From the NCBI RefSeq assembly GCF_031769215.1, contig NW_026782650.1, positions 186,001 to 250,000 of the forward strand: a stretch of DNA of 64,000 nucleotides. The letters are read 5' to 3'. The position numbers were made by a program, and so were the translations under genes. The notes beneath the pieces are model-generated. The model was not told the DNA's origin, did not search any database, and saw only the letters and a list, made by a program, of their open reading frames with translations. Below, piece by piece: positions 34,410 through 47,955 of this stretch (its first letter is position 1; each line of letters begins with the position of its first letter). The DNA is from Ylistrum balloti (lineage: Eukaryota).

Positions 34410-34810
34410 CAACATGCTGAAGCCTCAGTCGTGTCCAATAAAAACATCTACTCAACCTTGACCCTCACAAGGTCAGTGGGCCAGATAATATTAGTGGTCG
34501 TATACTGAAACAACTGCAATAACATAAAGTGCATTAATTTTCATCATAATCACCGTTTTAAAACAAAAGAAACACCACTGGCCTGGAACCTAACAAAAAT
34601 GGCGTCATCATTAAAAAAAACGGCGGAAAGCATAATCCGGGAAATGATCGTCTTTTATCCCTGACCTACATATGTTGTAAGATCATTGAACATATAATAA
34701 CCAGTAATGAAATGTCACATCTTGAATCAAATAAATCCTTTATGATCTACAACATTGATTCTGTAAATCCCGATCATGTGAATCCCAACTAAGACACTGC
34801 CTACGAAGTG
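34410..34810 (+). pseudogene. CR1/L2-type LINE reverse transcriptase fragment
   Basis: LNLDPHKVSGPDNISGRILKQL ... KKNGGKHNPGNDRLLSLTYICCKIIEHIITSNEMSHLESN ... LQH*FCKSRSCESQL, matching the KASGPD / NYRPISLTCICCK / QHGFR.SRSCETQL motifs. Frameshifts and stops present. Confidence 0.8.
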
Positions 34811-35060
34811 ACAGTAAACAACTTCAGTCAGACCTTGAAGCAGTTGCCAGGTGAGAAGTAGATTGGCCAATGGTTTTTCACTCCAATAATTTTACCTCAC
34901 TATCAGTCATACACGCTACAAAACCACTTGTTGTAATATAAGCTCTGCCGCCAATTTTAAGTACTTGGTGGTGACACTGATTTCAAACCCCATTAACAAG
35001 GCCAAAACTTACTAGTGTGGCCCAACTTAGTATAAATGATACACATGTGTGTGTGTGTAT

Positions 35061-35070
35061 GGGAATTCCC
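35061..35070. promoter_or_regulatory. Palindromic NF-kappaB site GGGAATTCCC
   Basis: Exact consensus in the divergent AIF1-VTA1 intergenic region. Confidence 0.3.
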
Positions 35071-36387
35071 GGACACCCGCGACCACGTTAACGCAATAAA
35101 AAAACAACAAAAAACCTTAACAAAAAGAAGGGGGTGGGGTGGTGGTGGTGGTGGGGGGGGGGGGGGGGGGTCAACGACATGCCGCTAGATACATATATAT
35201 ATATACAATAACTACCATAACACAAGCAAAGTAATTTGATTCTATATTCCAGCAGAAGAGAAAAAAACAACTGACCAATCAGAGGCTGATACGCTGCAGT
35301 TAAAGATTACAATGGAGCGACACTCAACTTTAAAGCCATTACAATGTACCTCGATATTCGTTGATGGACATCAAATGATCAAACTAGTCTGTTCGTCCTG
35401 TCTTCAATGTGTCGCATGTGGAACCTTCAATTTTGCCGTGACATGTTCCAGGGTGCAGAGAGCGAAAGTGGCTGTGACCCCGCGGGATGGACGTAAATCT
35501 GCAACAAATGACGTCGTCAAATGGTCCTTCTTTCTGCACACCATTGTCTAATGAAATGCCCTTCCTGCGGCCATTACAGTGTTTCTGTTGACGTCTTCAA
35601 AGATGAACTGATTCCAGCTGTTCTCACACCTCTCCTGTTTTTTTATTCTACTCATGTACATTTTTCAAAATGCGCAATTTTATGTTCAATTTAAGTTTAA
35701 AATGCGTGTCCTTCGCACTCTAGCTTGTCTTCTATGTTCAGAAGGTCTGACGAAATCATAAAGGGGAAGACTATGAGTGCTTCGTCAACGCCATCTTGAA
35801 ATATCCTCTAAGGACCAATAACACATTTAAAAGAAAATATGCAATTCTCTCTGTGTGACAAAACTGGCCATGTCTTACATTCCCCTCAAAATCTCCGTTC
35901 AGTCAAATGTTTCCTTTGTCATGCGCAGCCATACTGAATTTGGTGTGCTAAATCATATTTTTTTTTAAAACGATGCGTTAATTTTGGCAGATGGGCTTGG
36001 TAGGAATTTGGAGTCTGTTCATCAACTTTGATTAGATCATGATCAAAGAAGGGGTCTGCAATGTATTATCCGACCCTCATCTAATAATCTAGTGGTCTTC
36101 GAAATCGACAATGAAGTTAAAGTGCATTTTTTTCCTGATATGGACTATTGTTAGTAAAGACACTGAAACATTGGACGTATTTATCTCCAAATAAATTATC
36201 AATTCAATTCTAACAATGAAAGTCATATAACTAATAAGACACTAAATCCCGACACCGCTTTCACAAGACATTGTAGTGGTGTTACGAGTACATTTTCGTG
36301 TATGGTGAAAGGAGTTAGCTCCCTTTGGAGTAACTCTTGTTCGTGTTGACTTATTAGATAGTTCTGTCTAGGAAGAAACTGGTAACA

Positions 36388-39300
36388 ATGTCGAGTTTAC
36401 CTCCACTCCCTGCTAAACTTAAAGCTTTACAGCATTACTTAAAGACAGCCATAGAACATGACAAACGGGATCCAGTTGTGGCATACTACTGTAAGTATCA
36501 CAAGGACTTGGTGCTGTTATCATGGTCCTGAAAGTCGTGAATGACTATCTCGGTAGTTATTTACTGCTGATGCCTGTACATAATATTGTGAGTGATTATG
36601 AGTCATGTTATCGAAATAATCAGTGATTTGTCCAAAATTGTTATTAGTACCATTACTAAGAGACAGCAAAATTTGAGGGAGTTCACCAGGAAAATCATGA
36701 GTCAAAATCACTGAAGAATGCAACAGCATATTCCATAATTTTAAGTTAGTACCACAGGCTAACAGCATCACTTATAACTATCTATATACAAAATCACAGT
36801 GTACTGCATAACTACCTGTATACATAATCATACTGTACCGCCCGACCCTTATCTCTTTCTGACAGCTACATTTACAGAGCCAACAATTTCTTAAGCTACA
36901 CACACCAGGTTTTCCTCACCAACTTATAAACAACCATCCCAGCTTTTAACTGTGCAATGTTGAAATTAAACTACATCTAACTGTATATGTCTTTACTACA
37001 ACTCCTGAAGCAGAACATGTTATGAAGCAAATAGCACTATACCTTAATTTAGATGATAAGATCACATAATGGTGTTTAATATTTATTATGATATTCCAAG
37101 AACTCAAAAATCCAGAATTGAATTTGAATTGATATCGGAATGCTCATCATTCTGTAAAATGCTGAAAGAATACATTTACAGCCATACTCTATGCTGTAGT
37201 CCAAAGGGTTCTGACTACCATATCTATGCTGGTATTGGTGGTTTAAAGTTTTTTCTTGGCTGTGGTCAATAGAGAGAATACTCCTAGCTATATACATGTA
37301 AACACACAGGATTTAAGCCCCCTGTGCATGATTTAGCTTTCAGGCAATGTTTCACATAAAAGAAAATGTAATTTACAACAGTGTGATGGATGAAATATAT
37401 CTCTGCTAACCTACATAACTGTCAAAGTAACTGATGGTCATTATAGCTAAATATATCAACATTTTTTCTACCAACCACAGTTTCAAGCACATTTTGGTAA
37501 TGGCTGCTATTACAAAATCTAATTTAAAAACCTACTGAAAAGTAAACTGACACAACAATTGTACCCATTTCCAAAATGTTCTATATTTCGCTGAGAAACT
37601 AATATCAGCAGATTGGAAACTAAAGAAATATAAAATGAATTTTTCAACTCATTGGTCATCAGCTCCAATATAAATAAAATTTGTTTATTTGGTATTATTG
37701 ATTTTAATTTTGTTTATCTAAATTTTGTTTCTGAAAATTTAGGTCGATTGTACGCAATGCAGAAGGGAATGGAAATAGACAGACAGTCTCCTGAATGTCG
37801 AACGTTCCTAGTGACATTGATGGACTATATGGAACAGGTAATGCTCATCATGCTCCATTTAATTTTTTGTGTATTTGTGATAGCCTGTTAGATTTTCTTA
37901 AATTGCTGATGATCGCCTTTATACATGTAAATCAAATGTATCACAAAGAAATGGAGAAGATCCACAATCTGTCATACAAGTTTCACAACACAAAATTTAC
38001 AGTCATACATACCATGATATTTATGAAGTGTCACTTTATAAAGATGCATGGAAGGGATAATTTCAGTTTTGATTCTGAAGTTTTATTCAACATTTCATTA
38101 AGCTGAATGTATTTGTAGATGAAGACATCAACTGAAGATGAGGCAATTACCAATGAGGTAGTCGGACAAGCCCATGTGGAGGACTATGCCCTCAAAGTTT
38201 TCTTGTTTGCAGACAATGAGGACAGAGCAGGTAGATTTAACAAGTAAGTTTGTTTCAAGTGCCTGTCTGCCTATTGATTATTTGTTGAAAAGTGAAAAAA
38301 AAATGATGAACATAATGGAAATGTGAAATCATTATATCCAGCTTTTCAAACATTTATTTTATTTATTTCATTATTGTACAGTTTGTACTTGAATAGAAAT
38401 TTAGTAAGACAACAAACTTTCAGTGTTGGTTTAGAATTAATCATTGAGAAGAGTCAAAGAATGATTAGTTTTGTTTACTTTTCAGGAATGTTGTGAAATC
38501 TTTTTATTCCTCGGGTATGCTGTTTGATGTTTTAAGTGTGTTTGGAGAACCAAGCGAAGATGTAAGTTCATTTTATTTCATTCTTAATTACCAGTACATT
38601 TTTACTAAGTAATGAAAACTGCTGGAGGGTTACTTCTTATCTTCATAAATTTTTCCTCGCTATTTTTGAAGAAAACATATTACCAAAACCTTTATTCATA
38701 TTCGCTCATACTAAATCAGCCATTCTTGGTCCACAGCTGTCAGAAACATGGGAATCTAAAATTTGTCAAACTACAACAAAGAGCTTCATTTTCATATACA
38801 TTGTGTATATTTATGGGTTTTTTTTAAGATTGAAAAGAACAAAAAGTATGCAAAATGGAAAGCAGCCTACATACATAGGTGTCTGAAAAACGGAGAAACA
38901 CCTGTCCCTGGTCCATTGAATGAGGAAGAAGATGAACAAGAAGGTGGTCAGTATTATAAGTCTCGGAGTATAGTAAATTCAGATAAAAATAACCTGTACT
39001 TACTATTCTGAAGAAGTATCAAGCTTCTGATTTTGGACCTAGATATATACTGATAGCAAAATGTAATTGGTAAAAATAATTTGGTCACTTAACTGCATAT
39101 GGAAACAGTCACTCTAAATTAGGCTATTACTATCACTTAAGCACTGAAAATTCAGCAGTGTGGATGGTTGAATGACCTATAACCATTGTGTTCCATTTGT
39201 TGTTATGTGCCCTCCACTTTTGTTTACCATTACTTAAGATTAACTCCCACAAAATGATTTAGGTTTGTAGTTATAGCATTCTCCCAGTTCCATGGTACAC

Positions 39301-41068
39301 TGATTGTGACATGTCTTTTTTTTTGCAACATTTCCTTTAAAATATTGAGGGATTTAATTCTTTCAAACCTTTTTTCACTCATTATATCAAGAAAATTATC
39401 TTCTTCCTATTCAAGATTGTGTCAGTTACCAGGTTTTTGGACAAACATTACATAGTCTATTAATAAATTTTTCAAATTACCACTGATAAAGTATACTGAT
39501 AGAAATAATATAGTTCATTAGTGATGCATGTCTATTGTAGGAGCATTTGGTGGGGCTCCTGTGACTTCATCTACATCTCAGCCAGGACCTTCAAGTTACT
39601 CCAAGCCAGACCCTGCACCAGGATATCCTCCTCCACAACAGCCTTCATACCCCCCACCCCAGCAGCCAGGCCCCCCACCTCAGCAGCCAGGCAGTAGTAA
39701 CCCCTCCTATGGGAACCTCAACCTTCCGTCACCTGCTGGTAGTCAGTATCCCCCTGGGGCCCATGCTCCTCCCTCTACACCTCAACAGCCACAACAACCA
39801 GCAGGAGGAGCAGATTCATGGATGCCACCTGCAAACACTGGTATGTCAGAGAGAGGATAAAGCTGTGGTGTTATTAAAAATTAGGTTCCAAATTTGGTCA
39901 ATTACAAAGAGTGACATAGAGTGAAGTCCTGCGGAAAAAACTCTTTCAAATAAATTTCATTTTGGTTTTGAAGGACTTTGGTTTTTTAAATGGTGTGTCC
40001 TGACCCCCCAGGACCTAAAGGTTGGTGTCTAAAAGGGGAAATTTTGCTAATTCTTTAAAATCCTACTCTTCATATAGGAATAATTGGATTTTGTCCAAAT
40101 ATGGTCAGAATCCTGTTTGGGTGAAAGGGGATCAACTTTGTATAAATGACAGTTCTTGGCCACTTAGGGTAGGAAGGGAGGGGCCCAATAGAGGAAATGG
40201 GTTATATCTTTGAAACTGTTGAGATCCCCACCTCATAGCCTCCGATAACAATTATTGGCATCAAGAGATAAACATGTTCATGATGTAAGAATTGGCCATG
40301 GGGTGTGCCCCACCCCAAGAGACATAGTTTCTGGGTTATATCTTTTAAACAGTTGAAATCCTCATCCCTAAATCATATATGACAAAGCTGGTTATCAAGA
40401 GATAAACACAATCACAATGTAAGGACTGTCCACTGGGTGTGATCACACCCCTCTGGGCTTAATTTCTAGGCTGTATCTTTTAAACTGTTGAAATCTCCAT
40501 CCCATAACCATATATAGAGTTGCTTTGTATCAGAGGTAAACACACTTGTGATGTAAGTATGGACCCTTGGGTGTGGCACACCTCAAGAGGCATAATTTCT
40601 GGGTCATATTTTTGACATAGTTGAGATACCAACCTAATTAATCATATACACTCTTACTGGGCATCAAAAGAGAAAGACAGTCATGATATAAGAATTTTCA
40701 CATTGCAATGTCCTACTGAAGAGGTTGACTGAGCTGACATTTTGAAATATTTGAAATACTCAACCTATAGGCATGTATACCACTGCTGGACTTTAAGATC
40801 AAGGTGAAGGAAACATACCCTATGGTGTATAAGGTTTGTCTGTGTATTTGTTAATATCTATTTATGTATGTTTTATCTATTTCTTTATAACAATAAATAT
40901 TTGACATTCTCTTTCACAGCAGGTGTACAACTGACAGCAGACCAGTACCAAAAAGCCTTGAAGTTCTGTAAATATGCAAGTAGTGCCCTGCAGTATGAGG
41001 ATTCTCCAACAGCCATAGACAACCTTACAAAAGCTCTGAAATTATTGTCCACAGGAAAAGAAAGCTAG
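36388..41068 (+). CDS. VTA1: Vacuolar protein sorting-associated protein VTA1 (ESCRT, Vps4 cofactor), 7 exons
   Basis: Exons 36388-36490, 37743-37837, 38119-38243, 38486-38561, 38829-38946, 39541-39840, 40920(or 40923)-41068. Motifs LPPLP..LK..QHYLKTA.EHDKRDPVVAYYCRLYAMQ, ADNEDRAG, KYAKWKAAYIHRCLKNGETP and the C-terminal VSL KALKFCKYASSALQYED are diagnostic. Confidence 0.96.
40190..40790. repeat. ~134-bp tandem repeat (4-5 copies), Helentron/HINE-like internal array, in VTA1 intron 6
   Basis: g(t/c)t(a/g)tatc(t)tt..aaac.gttga.at units at 40201, 40335, 40470 and 40603. Confidence 0.75.
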
Positions 41069-41721
41069 TAGTCAGCATTATTCCCTTTCAGATTTAGTCA
41101 ATATGTGATATCAGTGCTTTTGTCTTCAAGTCCATTCAATGTGATATGAAGGAAAAAACTTTAAAAAAGTGACAAATAGCTGTATGTAGTTATATAAAGC
41201 TATGTGTATTATATAAAAAATCTTTGTGAATGGCATCCAAATCATTGTTGTTTTTATAGTATTCTTTGACAAGTTCTCTTGTAGAGTTAGTCCAAATTAC
41301 AAATATCAATTCTTTACTTCTCTTAAAATAGTAACATATAAATCAATATGTATAAGGTATTTTATTGTTAATGTTTATAAAACCTAGCTGTAGGTCAGAT
41401 CGCGATTCAGTTGGTCATGCATTCCTCAAGTTATTTAATCGTTCAATAAGATATTCAGTCAACTACAGAAACTAGAAAGTGAATACATGATAAAGGGTCT
41501 ATATTATACAGTATGAGGTTTAGATATATGGATGTCTGCATTAGTTCTATCATTTGTACTTAATGGAGTTAATGCCTTTAATGCATTCAGACATGATTCA
41601 CATTGTATCATTATGTATATGTGTTTCTTAAATGTTATGAAAATATCTAGTTTTAAGTCTAAGTTATTATGTGTCAATCGACAGCCATTACCATAAGAAA
41701 TACTAGTGGATTAAATTCATT

Positions 41722-41860
41722 ATTTAGGTGATCTGTGTAAATGAACCCTGATCAGAAAATTGTCAACACATCAAATCTGTCACTGTTAAATATATTTAGT
41801 GGATCTGTGTAAATGAATCCTTATCAGAAAATTGTGGACACATCAAATCTGTTACTGTTT
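41722..41860. repeat. 72-bp tandem duplication downstream of the VTA1 stop
   Basis: gatctgtgtaaatgaa...atcagaaaattgt..acacatcaaatctgt at 41730 and 41802. Confidence 0.85.
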
Positions 41861-44456
41861 ACCCAATATCTTATTTAGTAATTTGAATTTAGTACATAAT
41901 GTATTCATGATCAGCCCCACACTATTTTTGTTCCTATGTACAAATGTACCAGTTACAGGATTTAAAGGCTTTCACTCGGTAGTCTCCTGTCTGACCTATT
42001 TGGGTGGAATGACACATCAATCATTTCCCGTCATTTCCATGGCTTTTATCCCTGCTGGAGAGTATTTGTAATCTGATGGATCATAACTTTAGCATTTTTT
42101 TTTTCTGTTTCTGCGTCGTAATTTAAATACATACTTTGATCCTTAACACATGTGTTGGATTTCTTGACACGGTTTATTTAGTGTAGTTACAGTCATGTAT
42201 ATTAATTGTCATGTTTATCTGTCCACATTTCTTTACTTATTGATTTCTTTATACTTAATACATTGAATTAAAAGTGAAAAAACCTTTTAAGGAATTTTAT
42301 TTGTGTAATATATTTTGTTACTGTTCAGCTACAGGTATGATGACCCATGTTAAAGTCGTCACTAGTAAGTAATCCCTAGTACATTACCTGCACTAGAGAC
42401 AAGTGGGAGATATCGTATTGTATTGTAGTCAGTTGGAGCACCTGTTGACCATAAACAACTCAATAGTGGAAGTCCCATCTCAACACCACTTTCCTTTCAG
42501 GATTTGCAAGATGATAATAATGGCAGTCACCTTCCAAAGAGACCATTCAAAAACAGTAGTTTAGGATTGATGGATGCCATAACACGTTACATCCTAAAAA
42601 AGTGATGGAACAAGGAGTTTAAAAATGGATCAATGCATATAGGTCTGTCCCATCATACCACCTTCACTGAACTCAAGGCTAATCATGCAACCATAGGTTT
42701 TCAATGAAAAGGTAACAGAATTGATTAATGCATGTTTATTTACGATACTCTAGACTATATCACAGCACAATAAGGAATAATATATACATGTAGGATATAT
42801 CATAAAAGCACCGTTATAATGCTTGCATAATAAATATAGTAACATAGAAAATACTTAATGGTGAATTAAACAAAAATGCAAGTGTTATAAAAGTTATCAA
42901 ACCTAATATCTTAGGTACAGTTTCCATTACAGATATATCTCATCATCTGTATGTACACACTGTATATCACTGATATAGCTTTGTAATGTTTATCTACTGA
43001 TAAATGTCCCTTTATAGTGACTTGATAATGCCCTGAAAGTTGTATTTAACAGGTTTCTATTTTTCAATATTTTCGTTGATGGAATAAAAAACATGAAAAA
43101 CTGGAACATTGAAAATATTATCCAGCTTCTGTGAAATATACATCCCTTTTGCATCAAGTTTTTCAGTAAAACACAGAAAAAATTTGAATCATTGAAAAAA
43201 AAACAACCATTAAAGCAATTCATTGTATTTATGAAAGAGAAAACAAGCGTTTAATATTCATAAAAGAGAAAAGTTTTTATATATTTATGAAAGAAAAAAA
43301 TGCCATCCTTAACCTAAGCAATCTTGCATATAAAGATCTGTTTAATACACTACAAATAACTACAGACATGTGAGACAACAGTCATATCATGCATCTACAG
43401 GTAACATCTACATAATTAAATAAAAGGCTGAAAGAGTCATTTGTGTGTTTGTTGCCAAAATTATCTCTTCCAGTGAGTAATGTTAACTTCGGACATATTA
43501 TTCCCAGGGTTGTAATGACATCATACAGAGGTAATTGGTTATTTTTCTCCCAAACTTTGTGATCATCAATGACTTGCAAAACCAAAAAAATAAAAATTGA
43601 TGATGTTATCCAAATGCAGTTGTTGACCTAAATAAAATTATGATACAACCTGAATGTAAACAGTGACAGCAGGGAGCATGTTGACTGTGTACGGAAAAAC
43701 AGATTTATCTTCCTCTAGCAAATATGGGAATGCACCTGTGAAGCATGGAAGAAAACAATATCAGTGATCCATCTGCTATCAGTTTGTATTAAACATAACT
43801 TACTGTCAGAAGTGTAGAGTGTGATTAATACCCATATATAACAAAATCACTTGTCTGCCGTGAGACTGAAGGTAAATACTTATTATGGTTCCTCACAATT
43901 TTTTTTATGCTTGTATAAAGTTTTATTTTGGCACATATGGTCAGCAGCATAAAGATAATGGTGAGACTGATATTAATATTGAAAAGGAATGCTTTTGTTC
44001 CCAATATAGACTTAGGTGTTGGACCATTTCTCAATATCTAAATTCAGTATCCCAGTGTGATGAAGGAAGTCACACTTATCAGCTTAATTTATATGTTAGA
44101 CTGATGTACATCCATACTATTTTGATGCTAACACCTGTTCATTAAATGCATTGACAGTGTGCAGGTAATTATAGAAGTAATCATGATACATCAAACATCA
44201 GTGATACAAGGACCTATCAAAATACAGATATGTATAACATTCACAGACTGATCATGTCATCAGACATATAGACCAGCAGAAAACCTGTGGATGACAAAAT
44301 TTCAGAGCAAGATAGATAACATAAATATTGATCCCTGATTTATATACAGTAGTTAAAGGCCTTTACAAAAGGAAATTAAATAACAAATTCTGTTACACTA
44401 CACTAATATCTGTATGTACTTGGTCACCTCATTCAATATCTCACCTTCTCCAACTA

Positions 44457-45730
44457 GGAAAGTGGGTTAAATACAACATCTCACTTTCTTTGACAGGAAA
44501 GTTGGGTTACATACAACATCTCGCTCTATCCTAGAGGGAAGGTGAGTTACATACAACATCCAACTAAACCTGACAGGGAAGGTTGGTAACATACAACACC
44601 CTACTTTACCTGACAGGAAAGGTGGATTACATACAACATCCTGCTTTACCCAACAGGAAAGGTGGGTTACATACAACATCCTGCTTTACCCAACAGGAAA
44701 GGTGAGTTACATACAATTTCATACTTTACCCAACAGGAAAGGTGGGTTACATACAACATCCTACTTTACCTACAGGAAAGGTGGATTATATACAACACCC
44801 TACTTTACCTGACAGGAAAGGTGAGTTACATATAACACCCTACTTTACCTGACAGGAAAGGTGAGTTACATACAACACCCTACTTAACCTGACAGGAAAG
44901 GTGAGTTACATACAACACCCTACTTTACCTGACAGGAAAGGTGAGTTACATACAACACCCTACTTTACCTGACAGGAAAGGTGAGTTACATACAACACTC
45001 TACTTAACCTGACAGGAAAGGTGGATTACATACATCTCTTTCTATCCTAAGGGAAGGTAAGTTACATACAACATCCTACTTTACCTGACAGGAAAGGTGG
45101 GTTACATACAACATCCTACTTTACCTGACAGGAAAGGTGAGTTACATACAGCATCTCACTATATCCTAGAGGGAAGGTGAGTTACATACAACACCCTACT
45201 TTACTTGACAGGGAAGGTGAGTTACATACAACACCCTACTTAACCTGACAGAAAAGATGGATTACATACAACATCTCTTTCTATCCTAGAGGGAAGGTGA
45301 GTTACATACAACATCCTACTTTACTTGACAGGAAAGGTGGGTTACATACAATATCATACTTTACCCAACAGGAAAGGTGAGTTACATACAGCATCTCACT
45401 ATATCCTAGAGGGAAGGTGAGTTGCATACAACACCCTACTTAACCTGACAGGGAAGGTGAGTTACATACAACACCCTACTTTACCTGACAGGAAAGGTGG
45501 GTTACATACAACACCCTACTTTACCTGACAGGAAAGGTGAGTTACATACAACATCTCTTTCTATCCTAGAGGGAAAGTGAGTTACATACAACACCCTACT
45601 TTACCTGACAGGAAATGTGGGTAACATACAACATCCCACATTTACTGACAGGGAAGGCGGGTTACATACAACATCTCACTTTCCCTGACAAGGAAGGTGG
45701 ATTACATACATATACAACATCTCACTTTTT
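44457..45730. repeat. 40-bp minisatellite (gaaaggtgagttacatacaacaccctactttacctgacag), ~32 copies
   Basis: Continuous 39-41-bp periodicity with several subtypes (ctactttacctgacagg versus tctttctatcctagaggg). Confidence 0.95.
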
Positions 45731-47955
45731 GACTGATAAGTAAGGTCACAAACATTACGGTACATCCAGACATACAAAGTAATATTAAAAGCATCAAGCA
45801 CAATACTATAAGGGGAATCAGCAATTAAATTGCGTGTGGGTACAATATACATTTATATGCTCTACAGATACAGAGAAATGAAAACTGAAGGCTTACAAGT
45901 ATTGCCTCACTAAACAGATAAAGCTTCTCAAAATACAGTAGTATATGAATGCCTGTAATGAGACTTCAAAGATATCAAGGTAACTATTCAATAATAACAA
46001 CAAATTATAACAAAATTCTAATCTAGCTGTTAAATTGTAGCAGACAAACTGATCATTTTATCTTTCTGATTTCTTTCTTAATTTGATCCAGGATCTTGTA
46101 CAAACCAAAACTTCTGTCACAGAAAAATATTTATAGATGTAGGGAGATCAAATCTACACATGAACACATGTAATATTCTAACAAGTAACAAATGTTTTAT
46201 ACTGTAACATATCTGATTCAGTGAAACAATATCTCCAGGATATGTAAAACAGATAAAAAAAACATGAACTGCGTCATTAATTAATCTTCCTAAAAGTTGA
46301 TAGAAGTACATGATCAGAATATATAAAATCTACCCGGTTGTATCCTTAGATCTTGATCAAGAAAACAAAATATCATTATCACAGACTCAAGAGTGTGGAA
46401 TACAAAATGTGAAGTACAAGAGGAAGGATAAAATTTTCCATTAACACATATAGAAGTCTAGAGAGAAGCACCTTTGATCATAATTTGTTAATGAAGTAAG
46501 TTACAACAGCCAGTGTTAGTGACTTGCGGAACACAGTGGGCTCCAGGAGAGTTGACAAAAGAACATTTGAAGACTGGAGTGAGACTGCAGTTAGTGATAT
46601 AATCTGTAGTGTTGTACAATTAGTAGCCATCCCCAGGATTACTTGTTATTACTGTTTATTCATATATTAGGGTTTTATTACTTAAGTAAGTAAATCTACA
46701 AAAAAAGGAGAAAAAACCTGAAAAGTTCCTAATATTGTGTAAAATGATATAAAAAATAAACTTATATATATTAATATCTAGGGCTAGGTGAACACAAAAA
46801 TCAATATGATCACTATCTGAATATCTACATCTTCAGGAGAATCTCAAAGCTGCATCAGTTCAGAGACAAAAATAAATGAACATGTTACATATTGCGTGGT
46901 TGTAAGTCAAGCTGAAACCATTTCAAATAATTCTAATGCAACTTATATTTGTGTTATGGAAAATGAAATCTGAAATTTGTGTTACAGCAAAGGTGTAAGT
47001 CTAGTATAGTCATCCTCTAACACCAGTGTTAAAAAGACATACTAGTATATACACTTGTATAATGATAATGACGATTTAAAGACTAAAGTATTATCAATAT
47101 CATCATATTATCAATAGAGTACACAGGAACACATTAATACAAATGAACATGATCTGGAATTGCTACTACCAATTGTACATTTAGAATTAAACATATACTT
47201 AATACATTTCATCATCCTAAGATTGACTATGGTCCACTTGTTCATACCAATGTAAATCATTTTACACATATTCTCTTCAAATCACTTACACACAATAGAT
47301 ACAAAGAAAAGTAGTATCATGTGATACCATGAGGAAGATCCAGGATTTGTTTTTTATTTTTTTTGAAAAATCCACTTACATCAACAAGCAATGTTGATTT
47401 TCACATTATTTCTCCATTTTTAATGACCCCATAAGCTTATCTTTGTCAAATGAGTTAATCATTTCTTTCATTTAATTCAATATTGTATACTTTACTGCGG
47501 TTTACATTCCTGTTTCCTTTATAAAGAGTGGATCCATTTCAGTCACTACTAAAACTTTAAAGCCGTGGTTCAAGACTAAAACCCAAGTTATATACATTGT
47601 GAATCATGAATCATGATCCCAGTCTGATTTGGCAAGAGGCTGAACAAATCCAAAGACAATGACACAAGTATGAAAATGTTCGGCAGCTAAATGTATATTG
47701 TTATAAAGAGAAAATATCAACATCAAGGCCAATATAAAAAAAATGCTGATAGAACATTGGAATAGTTCTAACCAACAGGAATACATTTACACAGTTTCAA
47801 GAAGGATTCATCTCTAGTGAACATCATTGGGACCCCAACTGGGGTTCTCTGTTACTGTTGATATTATTATTCACTACTGGCTATCAATACTGGGGCCAAA
47901 GAAGGGGTTCTCTCCACTGTTGATGTTGAATTCACCGCTGGCATTTGAATATACC

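Noticed and set aside
34599-34664. AAAATGGCG YY1 or start motif of a new plus-strand gene
   Set aside because: Lies within the CR1-like RT fossil and the frame closes after 21 codons.
43825-44034. ORF with a hydrophobic C-terminal stretch resembling a GPI signal
   Set aside because: No usable in-frame acceptor or upstream exons. AT-rich UTR or intergenic sequence explains it.
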